Positions 11,698 to 19,707 of a stretch of DNA of 64,000 nucleotides are shown here, piece after piece. This DNA is from a virus (Duplodnaviria > Caudoviricetes): positions 32,001 through 96,000 of IMG/VR virus record IMGVR_UViG_3300050336_000170, one strand, 5' to 3'. The translations under genes were made by a program, and so were the position numbers. Numbering within the stretch: position 1 is the first letter of the stretch; each line of letters begins with the position of its first letter. The notes under the pieces were generated by a model. It was not told where the DNA came from and did no database searches. It saw only the letters and a program-made list of their open reading frames with translations.

Positions 11698-12654
11698 TTA
11701 ATACCCAAAAGCTTTCTTCCACATGTTATATGCTAATTCAATGTCTTTTGCCTTTTGAGTAGCAACATATTCTTTTTTCAGTGCATACTCTTTATTTTCA
11801 ATATCCATTTCTACATATTCACTAAACGATATTGATATATTCTCTTTTTCGAGTTGATACCACCTATAAAACAGTCCAGATTCATATACTCTAATTGGAC
11901 TCAGTTTTATATATTGTCCTGTTTCTTCTTTATACTTTTTGTTAAACGTAGTAATCTTTGCTCCAAATTGTTTTGCTCTTAATACATTTGTCTCTTTTAA
12001 TAATCTTAATAAATATGGTGAATCGCACAGATCAAAAAATAGCTTTTCTTTTTTAGTTCTCTTCATTAATTGATTTGATGGCACTGTTATCTGTAATAAA
12101 TACTTAAAGATTGGACTAGGGGTTATAGTTTTGTTGCTTGTTTTAATAATATTATCTTCTAAATTTACTTCATCACGCCTTAAAATAACAGCCTCTTCAT
12201 TTGTAAATCCCTCATATAGTAACCAAAAATAAATCCTGTACATATTCATAAAATGTAATTCCTCAACTGGAGGATATACAACATCTAATACGTCTGCTAG
12301 ATGTTCAGGACTTTTCAACATTTCTCGTTCAAATACATATGAGTTATCTATCTCTGATGCAGATATTAATGCTAAATGATTTTCTAGTATATTCGTTTTA
12401 CCGTTAATAATACACCAATCTACGTATTGTTTTAGTCTGCTTATATTCCATGCAATACTTTTTATATCACGGCTACCAAGTGAAGCTATACTAATTTTAA
12501 GTTCATCATAATTCATCTCTGAAATGTCTTTATCAAAATCACTTTCAGCTTTATTATATAGTTTTTTAAATAATATTTTGTAACTCTCTTTGCCTTTTTC
12601 ATCCTCATTTAAACTATTAATAAACTGAAGTTTTTGATTTTCATTATACATCAT
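11698..12654 (-). CDS. yopR: MrpR/YopR(SroF)-like master repressor (catalytically degenerate tyrosine-recombinase fold)
   Basis: MYNENQKLQF...AESDFDKDISEM...LKQYVDW...LLYEG...SPIRVYESGLFY resembles SPbeta YopR; lacks catalytic R and HxxR; syntenic with yopQ-like gene. Confidence 0.7.
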   Translation of the reverse strand: MMYNENQKLQFINSLNEDEKGKESYKILFKKLYNKAESDFDKDISEMNYDELKISIASLGSRDIKSIAWNISRLKQYVDWCIINGKTNILENHLALISASEIDNSYVFEREMLKSPEHLADVLDVVYPPVEELHFMNMYRIYFWLLYEGFTNEEAVILRRDEVNLEDNIIKTSNKTITPSPIFKYLLQITVPSNQLMKRTKKEKLFFDLCDSPYLLRLLKETNVLRAKQFGAKITTFNKKYKEETGQYIKLSPIRVYESGLFYRWYQLEKENISISFSEYVEMDIENKEYALKKEYVATQKAKDIELAYNMWKKAFGY

Positions 12655-13982
12655 AATTGCTCACCCCACTTTGAGATGAAGTATTTTTCAATTTTTACCT
12701 CATCTGTTGCCTTTCTCTCTATAGGTGATACCGTCTTTCTCCAATTAATAGATTTTAATAATGATTCAAGTTTATTGCGCCAGTTTAGATCATTCTCTAG
12801 TTGCTTTGATAAATAGGTGTATCCAACCCATGTCACAGCTTCAGTTGACCATTTAGTTTTTCTAGCTAGCTCATAGTCTTTAAAATCATCTATCATCACT
12901 TCGGATAGATAGTTATAAAATTCAACTAACCAATCCTTGACTTTTTGTGCCTGTGAATTTAATGAAAAACTATTAACATTATAATATTTCTGTATTGCGT
13001 TAGCTAAAGTAATTTGAACAATAAACCCTCTCTCTATCCCTGTTGTTGTTATATTTCGCTTATATACATCTTCTGCATTAGGATCAATTTTAATCCACTC
13101 AACTATTCTATTTGCATAATTACGTTCCATTGTTTCTTTGTGTCTAGTATTTGGCGGTGTAGCTTTCCATTCCTGAGATATCATATCTTTAACTGTATCA
13201 ATATCATAGAAAGTAAAAGCTATCTCAAAATATCTATTAGCAAACAAATCTCTAAGTTCTGGATAGTTTGAATATGCATATTCTGCACCTAAAGACCTAT
13301 GATTACCGTCTGGTATAATTATATCTCCATCTTTTGGCAAATAAATGCATTTGTTTTCTTCATCATAGGTATAACTTGATAACCCATCATTGATTAAATT
13401 AAGTCTTATCATGTTGTAATGATATCTATCGTTTGCAATTTTTTCTTCAATTTCTCTTACTTTTTTCTTATTAATCTCTATTTGTTTTAATATTTCTGTG
13501 CCTTCGGAATTTTTAATTGATTTGCTTTCCCTTTGTAACTCTGGTGTTACTCTAATAATACCTTTTCTTTTTGACTCTGCCAACTGTTGAACAGACATAA
13601 TACATGAATATTGATTACTTGATAACTGCACAACGTTGTGTAGCACATAAAGATCGTCTATCTTAATATCATCTCGACTAAAGAACTTGGAATTTTTTAT
13701 TTCTACTGGAGTAAAATAATCAGATACTTTACAAACATAAACTTTTTGTTCTACTTGATTACCAATTAATTCCATTGCATAGGCAAACCAATATAACTCA
13801 AAATCTTTAAGACTATCAAGTTCAACAGATTTCATAACTAATTTCTTATAATCAGCTATTGTAAATCTTCCTTCTTGAGTCATAAAATCTTGAACTTTAC
13901 TTTTAAATTCTTCATTAGAAGAGTTAAATAGCTTTTTCTTTATTAGACTAATTAACTCTTCTCGGCTGTTTTCATTCTTCAT
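12651..13982 (-). CDS. yopQ: YopQ(SroE)-like ParB/DndB-fold protein
   Basis: ELQR and IPDGNHR motifs; SD AAAGGATG before ATG at 13982; directly upstream of the mrpR-like gene as in SPbeta. Confidence 0.7.
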   Translation of the reverse strand: MKNENSREELISLIKKKLFNSSNEEFKSKVQDFMTQEGRFTIADYKKLVMKSVELDSLKDFELYWFAYAMELIGNQVEQKVYVCKVSDYFTPVEIKNSKFFSRDDIKIDDLYVLHNVVQLSSNQYSCIMSVQQLAESKRKGIIRVTPELQRESKSIKNSEGTEILKQIEINKKKVREIEEKIANDRYHYNMIRLNLINDGLSSYTYDEENKCIYLPKDGDIIIPDGNHRSLGAEYAYSNYPELRDLFANRYFEIAFTFYDIDTVKDMISQEWKATPPNTRHKETMERNYANRIVEWIKIDPNAEDVYKRNITTTGIERGFIVQITLANAIQKYYNVNSFSLNSQAQKVKDWLVEFYNYLSEVMIDDFKDYELARKTKWSTEAVTWVGYTYLSKQLENDLNWRNKLESLLKSINWRKTVSPIERKATDEVKIEKYFISKWGEQL

Positions 13983-14001
13983 AAATACACATCCTTTTGT
14001 A

Positions 14002-14451
14002 CTAAGCTGTGGCAAGTACTCGCTCTTCGACATTAATATACTTCTTACGCAATCTTTCTACCATCGCAATTATAGATTCATTATCCATATGAATCAAAAG
14101 TGGCGTTTCCTCTGTACATGCTTCTGCGATCTTTACTATATATTCTCTTGGAAGAGTTGTGATATACTCACCTATATCGTCTTTAGACCTGAGTTGTTCT
14201 TGCTCACATAAAGCAATGCTATCCTTAGCCAATCCACATTTTTTAGCATCTAAGAAAACGTGTGTTGGCATATAAGCTTTGTTATGTTCAGCCCCTGTAA
14301 GCGGAACTGCATGGATAATAGGACTATAACGATTTCCTATATCATTTTGTGTTATGATAGCAGGCCGCCATCCAGCTTGAGAGTGCTTGTTATGTTTATC
14401 TCTTTCAAAATAAACCATATATACACTATTCATCTTGGGAATAAAGTTCAA
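14002..14451 (-). CDS. mazF: MazF/PemK-family endoribonuclease (orphan)
   Basis: SQAGWRPAIITQNDIGNRYSP...VPLT...PTHV...DSIALCEQ parallels B. subtilis NdoA; catalytic Arg and Thr retained. Confidence 0.85.
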   Translation of the reverse strand: MNFIPKMNSVYMVYFERDKHNKHSQAGWRPAIITQNDIGNRYSPIIHAVPLTGAEHNKAYMPTHVFLDAKKCGLAKDSIALCEQEQLRSKDDIGEYITTLPREYIVKIAEACTEETPLLIHMDNESIIAMVERLRKKYINVEERVLATA

Positions 14452-14501
14452 TAAATCACTTCCCTTCCTTCCTTAATTATAGAATTCATAAGTACAATAA
14501 C

Positions 14502-14530
14502 ATACTACCACAATGATTATTTGTTGTCAA
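14502..14530 (-). promoter_or_regulatory. Promoter of mazF-yopQ-mrpR operon
   Basis: TTGACA-17 bp-TAGTAT; upstream hairpin TTATTCGCCC-AAAGTAA-GGGCGAATAA at 14576-14602 could insulate it. Confidence 0.65.
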
Positions 14531-14969
14531 CAGTTATTTTAAATAATTATTAAATAATATTTGACAGTTTATCACTTATTCGCCCAAAGTAAGGGCGAAT
14601 AAGTGTGTGATTACGTACATTGCTTTTCTTTCTTTGTCTTCAATTATTATATCATAAGTAAAATCAGGTTTTTCATCGAAATAAAGAATTAAGTAACAAT
14701 TCCCATACTCACCTACATTATAACATTCTCTAAAACATTTAATTGTACCATTTTCTGCTTCACTTGATAACTTTTGCAAATCTTCTATCTTTATATTGTG
14801 TTTTACGCTAATTATATCTTTATTGCTATATTCAAAATCTAACTCCCATTTAGCAGGAATCTTAATTTTCTTTTCGTCACTTACTAATATCATATAATCT
14901 CCTTCATATTATAAATTTAATGAAAATATATAATATCACGACCTTCCAATATGATATTGACTTGTCATT

Positions 14970-15533
14970 TTATACTGATCCTATTGTTGCTGCAATCACA
15001 ACAGATGTCAAAATATTTCTTAGCCAATTGTCTTTAAGTACTATGAATATATCTTGATCATAAGTACCAGACAGCCTATCCCTATCCCCTATAACAGCGC
15101 ATGGGTGAGTATTTATATGTCTGATAAAAGCATTATACAATATTTCAATTGATTTTTCTTTATTAATTCTACATGTTTCTGCAAAATTTGTTGCCTTATC
15201 AAAAAACCAATCAAGAAATTTATTTGAAGTATAGGCTCTTACTACATAAGATTTATTAATATCTTTTTTTATTTCTTCAACACGAAAAACAGAATTATAT
15301 ATACTATTATCCTCTTCTAATCCTTGGCATACTTCTTCCGATATTGTAATGTATGTAGGATTAAGACGCTTGTTAATATATTTTGCTTTGCATCTTCTTT
15401 GGACATTTTTCAACCATATACTATAAACATTTTTGCCTGTGATAGTATATATCCTATTGAGTCTTGACATTACATTTGCCAATCTCATTTCCATTGTGTA
15501 ATTAATTTGCATTAATATGATACTTCCTTTCAA
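14970..15533 (-). CDS. Hypothetical protein downstream of antisense-RNA locus
   Basis: GAAAGGAAG SD, likely ATG near 15512-15515. Confidence 0.65.
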   Translation of the reverse strand: MKGSIILMQINYTMEMRLANVMSRLNRIYTITGKNVYSIWLKNVQRRCKAKYINKRLNPTYITISEEVCQGLEEDNSIYNSVFRVEEIKKDINKSYVVRAYTSNKFLDWFFDKATNFAETCRINKEKSIEILYNAFIRHINTHPCAVIGDRDRLSGTYDQDIFIVLKDNWLRNILTSVVIAATIGSV

Positions 15534-15589
15534 AAACTTTAGTATAAATTTTTACTTGAAAAGAAGTCTTAGATATATTATAATCAAAA

Positions 15590-15680
15590 ACTGATATTGA
15601 TATCTGAGGCTTCAAATCAGATTAAATGTCCCTAGTAAGACAGACTGTAACTTTGGACGGTGGCAGTCTGTTTTACTTTC
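15590..15680 (+). ncRNA. Counter-transcribed small RNA with CTTTGGACGG-loop terminator hairpin
   Basis: TTGAAA(15556)-17-TATAAT(15579) promoter; GTAAGACAGACTG...CAGTCTGTTTTAC stem followed by T-run. Confidence 0.65.
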
Positions 15681-15759
15681 TTACTTTTGTTGAAAAAGAC
15701 TATCAAAAAACCCTCTCCTATATGTTTACAAATTTTTACTAATGATGTATAATAATAGC

Positions 15760-15832
15760 AATTCAGGTGTTGGCTAGACACTTGGAGGCTGGCATGGGCT
15801 ATCTATATTTTTATAGGTAGCTCATGTTTTTT
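15760..15832 (+). ncRNA. Candidate ~70-nt small RNA
   Basis: TTTACA-17-TATAAT promoter (15725-15753), CAGGTGT/ACACTTG hairpin, CATGGGCTATCTATA-TTTT-TATAGGTAGCTCATG-T7 terminator; no ORF. Confidence 0.55.
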
Positions 15833-16049
15833 AAATTGAAAATTCCTTGATAAACTCCTCCCTTGTCATCGTATTTGTTTTTCGGATCACCAATGCGTAA
15901 TATTCCTTTTGCTTTATTCCTGTGTCAATACACCACTTCTTAAAATTCTTATAGTCCTCATCGGGGATTCTGACCGTAAATCCTGTCTCAATAGATGTTT
16001 CGGTATTTCTCTCTATATTACCTTTTTTATCAATATTTGACACCCCCAT
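15831..16049 (-). CDS. Ribbon-helix-helix-like small DNA-binding protein
   Basis: FTVRIPDEDYKNFKKWC..TGIKQKEYY pattern after a ~22-aa polar tail. Confidence 0.55.
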   Translation of the reverse strand: MGVSNIDKKGNIERNTETSIETGFTVRIPDEDYKNFKKWCIDTGIKQKEYYALVIRKTNTMTREEFIKEFSI

Positions 16050-16150
16050 AAAAATATTATCACCAAATCACCATTTTTGTCAATTTTATCTAAACATAAT
16101 AATAGCAAAAATTATTATGTGATTTTTGTAATATATTATGCTTTTGGTAT

Positions 16151-16297
16151 TTATCTCTTATGGGGAAGGAACAGCCAGATCAGACCTCCAATCACTGATA
16201 ATAGTATTGTCCACAGTGGAGAAATAACAGCCATAACAGGGATTACGATAAATAGTAGAGGACTTACACCACTTGTCTTTTCTGTATTCTGCTTCAT
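16151..16297 (-). CDS. 48-aa hydrophobic membrane peptide (MKQNTEKTSGVSPLLFIVIPVMAVISPLWTILLSVIGGLIWLFLPHKR)
   Basis: GAAGGATAGGTG SD; below ORF-track cutoff; hydrophobic core and basic C-terminus. Confidence 0.6.
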   Translation of the reverse strand: MKQNTEKTSGVSPLLFIVIPVMAVISPLWTILLSVIGGLIWLFLPHKR

Positions 16298-16942
16298 GTA
16301 TACACCTATCCTTCACTAATACGAATGATAATTGGATATCCTTGCATAATTAATAGATTATTTTTAGAATTTTGTAGATTTTTTGTATTATATAAATAAA
16401 CTACGAGTCACCAAATCACCAAGTAAGTATCATTTTGGTCTCATTTTTATCATTTGTCCAGATAATTGTCGTAGAGTGCAAAAAATGTAGCGTAGTTTAC
16501 ATGTTTGACGCTCTAGCTGTAACCTACATATATAGTATATCAAATTGCTTAATTAGTAAAATCTGATATTCGTTCAAATTTGATGTTTTTATTTTTTGAA
16601 TTTGAAATTTTGTACTAGTTAATACCATTCCGTTCTATTCTATACTATAATTCGCATGTTAAGTTTTAGCTTATCTTTGTTTTTCTTATATTTGCTCTTG
16701 ATTGCTTTGTTTTTCTTGAATTTATAAGTGAAATAACAAGTTTATTATACCATCATATCAATATCTGAAAAGTCTCGATAACGCTCATAATATCTATTTT
16801 TCACTGGTACTAGTTTTTATGTTAATCAACATACATTAATGAAAATTTATATACGTTTAAATTATTCTAATATACATTGAAATTAAATTGTAATACAGTT
16901 GATTTTTGTAAGATTATTTTTAAAACACGATCTCTTATTTTC

Positions 16943-17377
16943 TTAGATTTCTTTAATTTTAATTATGATTGATGCTATAATACCCGCAATAAGAGAAGGA
17001 ATTACTGAGAATACAAGGAAAATAAACAGAGAACCAAGAATAAGCCATATTGTCAATTGTTCTTGAAAGAATATCATTCCAATAATTATTGTTACTATAC
17101 TACCTATTACCGTCACTGAAAACATAGAAATAAAAATATTGAATGGTGCTTTGATTTCTTTTATTACAGAATAAATTAAGCTTGAAATAGTTAAAACTCC
17201 TATAGTAATAAATGATATTATATATTGGCTTCTTACTGTATCGGTATTAGCATTTTGGAAATCTTTTATAGCTATTGGATATATAAGAATTGACAAACCT
17301 GCGGCAATAAATGGTATAAGTGAAGTGAGACAATCAGCGTCTTCATCGAATCCGATAATCGCAAGAATGAACCTCAT
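16943..17377 (-). CDS. Multi-pass membrane protein
   Basis: AAAGGAGG SD before ATG at 17377; about 4 hydrophobic segments. Confidence 0.7.
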   Translation of the reverse strand: MRFILAIIGFDEDADCLTSLIPFIAAGLSILIYPIAIKDFQNANTDTVRSQYIISFITIGVLTISSLIYSVIKEIKAPFNIFISMFSVTVIGSIVTIIIGMIFFQEQLTIWLILGSLFIFLVFSVIPSLIAGIIASIIIKIKEI

Positions 17378-18252
17378 ATAATATCCTCCTTTAAATTTTT
17401 CGGAACCAAATCTAGGTTTCATTAAGTATTTTTTCTATGTCTGATTTACTATACATAACATGCTTGTATATTACATAGTCACCATCTAACTGACATAACA
17501 CATCTGATAATACTTCTGTAGCTTCAAATAAATCAATCCATCCCTGATCCTCTTGGCAGACTAAACTTCCATCCCTACTATCAATCCAAACATGACTACC
17601 AGTTTTAAGAGTATGATTCCCATTTACTACTTTATAAACTTTGTCTGGAATTAAATCAAAAATATAACATTTTAATTCTCCTTATAAAATTATAGGTTTA
17701 TTGCCATTCTAATTTCTGACCACAATACGGGCATCGTTCTAAAGAGTATGCCCTACTTATATATCCATCATCATTCTCTTCATATTCATAAAATAGAGCC
17801 TTACATCTTGGACATTTAGAATTAGTCCACGCTTCTTGAATAACTGTCTGAGGTTTATTTATATCTATTAACGCCTGTTCATAACCCATATCATAATCTT
17901 TTTTACTCATCGTTCACCTCACAAAAACCTGATTTCATTGTTTTTCAGTAAAATCACTTTGAACATCGCCCAAATGATTAATCATGTTATCAAGTTCAAC
18001 ATAAATTTCACCACTTATTGAATTTATTATTTCTTCTGCTGTTTCACCTTCAAAATAGATACATATTGTCTGATTACCATATGGCAAGAGTGTGTCAATA
18101 TATCGTTTGTTCCAATGAATTTTCTTAATATAAACTTCACCATTATCTAAATAAGGTGCAAAATGGCTTAATACTTCTTCATTTATTTCTCTTTTCATGC
18201 TTTCCTTTCCTGACCAAATCCCGAATTTATCGGGTTACAAAATTGTAACCTT

Positions 18253-19458
18253 TTATGCTACTCGCGTAGACAACGGATGTAAACCTACACCCTCTACCCC
18301 TTCCGCAAAAGCGTTAGGGAATACCTTCATCATTATTTGATAACTACCATTTACGTCAGCGTTAATAATGTGGTCTATTGATTTGAACAAGCCTCTTGTT
18401 ATTCTTCTTGACTTGTCATAGTTTTCTTTACACGGCACTTCACCACTTAAAAAATCTGTACCACTTGTGTACGATTCTTCAGTTGTTATAAACCTAATTC
18501 CGACATTCTGACATTTATACTCTAGCTGCTTTATAAACATTTCATACGGAATAGAAACAAACTTCTGATTAGTTTTCTTACTCATTGCAGATTCTTGTTT
18601 CCATCCCGAATTATAACCGCATACTAAAGTATCTATATCGCTTTCTAAACACAACCTTACTATAAATTTACTTGCTTTATGCATCCAATCTTTAATCTTA
18701 TTATTACGTTTTGTGGTTAACTGCTGTAGTTTGTTACTCCAATGTTTACTGTTCTTTAACATGAGTTCTGACTGTATCTTTGCTTTCTGCTTATTGTAAT
18801 ACTGATTATAAGACTTGATTACGTTACCCTTAATAGCAATAGGCTGTATACCTATGTTATTTGTAATAGTTGCAAAGTTATCAATGCCCAAATCAATACT
18901 TGCTATATTATGAGATTCTGTCGGCTGCTCCGGTATATCGATTTCATAAACGATCTCCATGATATAGTTACTTCCATTCGGTATAAAACGACACTGCATG
19001 AGTTTACCTTGTACTTTTGTTGGAACACTATATCCTTTAAATGGTTTAAAACTTATACGGAATACTTTATCATTGATTGAACATTGAATATTTTTTAGAA
19101 TAAATACCTGTCTACCATCCTTTGCTTTGTATTTAGGCAGTTTTGGTTTGCCTAAGTAACTATCTTTGTGTTTTGACCAATCTTTGATTGCTTTAAAATA
19201 TGAGTTCCATGCTCTATCTAGAAATTTCAAAATATTTTGTGATGCCTGTGACCCTAATTCTTTATAACAATCGGCATTTTGGCACATGTGATCAAGTTTA
19301 TTGTATCTAATCCATTTTTTATTATTAATAAATTCTTGCCTGATCAAATAGTTAGCATAATTATATACGTTCTTTGATCTAAAACAGTATTCATCAACAA
19401 TTTTCCATATTGGATTAGATTCTTTTATTAAATGTCTCTCTGTTCTATTTACTTTCAT
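18253..19458 (-). CDS. tnpB: Solo TnpB (IS200/IS605-family, rearranged RuvC-II type)
   Basis: IDLGIDN, VCGYNSGWKQ, EESYTS, INADVNG motifs; no adjacent tnpA. Confidence 0.9.
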   Translation of the reverse strand: MKVNRTERHLIKESNPIWKIVDEYCFRSKNVYNYANYLIRQEFINNKKWIRYNKLDHMCQNADCYKELGSQASQNILKFLDRAWNSYFKAIKDWSKHKDSYLGKPKLPKYKAKDGRQVFILKNIQCSINDKVFRISFKPFKGYSVPTKVQGKLMQCRFIPNGSNYIMEIVYEIDIPEQPTESHNIASIDLGIDNFATITNNIGIQPIAIKGNVIKSYNQYYNKQKAKIQSELMLKNSKHWSNKLQQLTTKRNNKIKDWMHKASKFIVRLCLESDIDTLVCGYNSGWKQESAMSKKTNQKFVSIPYEMFIKQLEYKCQNVGIRFITTEESYTSGTDFLSGEVPCKENYDKSRRITRGLFKSIDHIINADVNGSYQIMMKVFPNAFAEGVEGVGLHPLSTRVA

Positions 19459-19499
19459 GAATTACTTGCAATAAATAAGTCTATACTATAAAATACAAG

Positions 19500-19578
19500 T
19501 GATAAGACCTACCCAAAAGAAGTCTTGTCTTGTAAAACAGTTGCAATCTTTGGACGGAGGGCGACTGTTTTACTTTTT
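19500..19578 (+). ncRNA. Counter-transcribed small RNA antisense to the tnpB leader
   Basis: TTGCAA(19466)-17-TAAAAT(19489) promoter; GTAAAACAGTTGC...CTTTGGACGG...GCGACTGTTTTAC-TTTTT hairpin. Confidence 0.65.
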
Positions 19579-19707
19579 CTGTTCTTCCTTCTGAAGATAC
19601 TCGCTACAAGCAAGTTTAATCAAGGCAGCGGGGGTTATCCCTTTTATCTTAGCCATATCAATAAGACGCTTGTAGAGATCATCAGGAATATCAAGACTCC
19701 TTTTCAT
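19570..19707 (-). CDS. 45-aa CopG-like ribbon-helix-helix protein (MKRSLDIPDDLYKRLIDMAKIKGITPAALIKLACSEYLQKEEQKK)
   Basis: GAAAGGAGGG SD; RHH residue pattern; TGTAAC...GTTACA inverted repeat over its promoter (19721-19750). Confidence 0.8.
   Translation of the reverse strand: MKRSLDIPDDLYKRLIDMAKIKGITPAALIKLACSEYLQKEEQKK

Noticed and set aside
402-13982. Dnd phosphorothioation system (DndC-like plus DndB-like)
   Set aside because: Genes are 11 kb apart, no dndD/dndE is present, and the DndB-fold gene is explained by yopQ synteny.
14576-17422. Arbitrium aimR/aimP locus or a mazE antitoxin
   Set aside because: No ~380-aa HTH-TPR protein; the 48-aa peptide lacks a signal peptide plus polar mature tail; 14576..14893 is not MazE-like and is separated from mazF by a hairpin and a promoter.
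18253-19458. Nuclease-dead TnpB (TldR-like), because the usual RuvC-II Glu is Gly
   Set aside because: EESYTS supplies the relocated Glu typical of this subfamily, and both Asp residues are intact.
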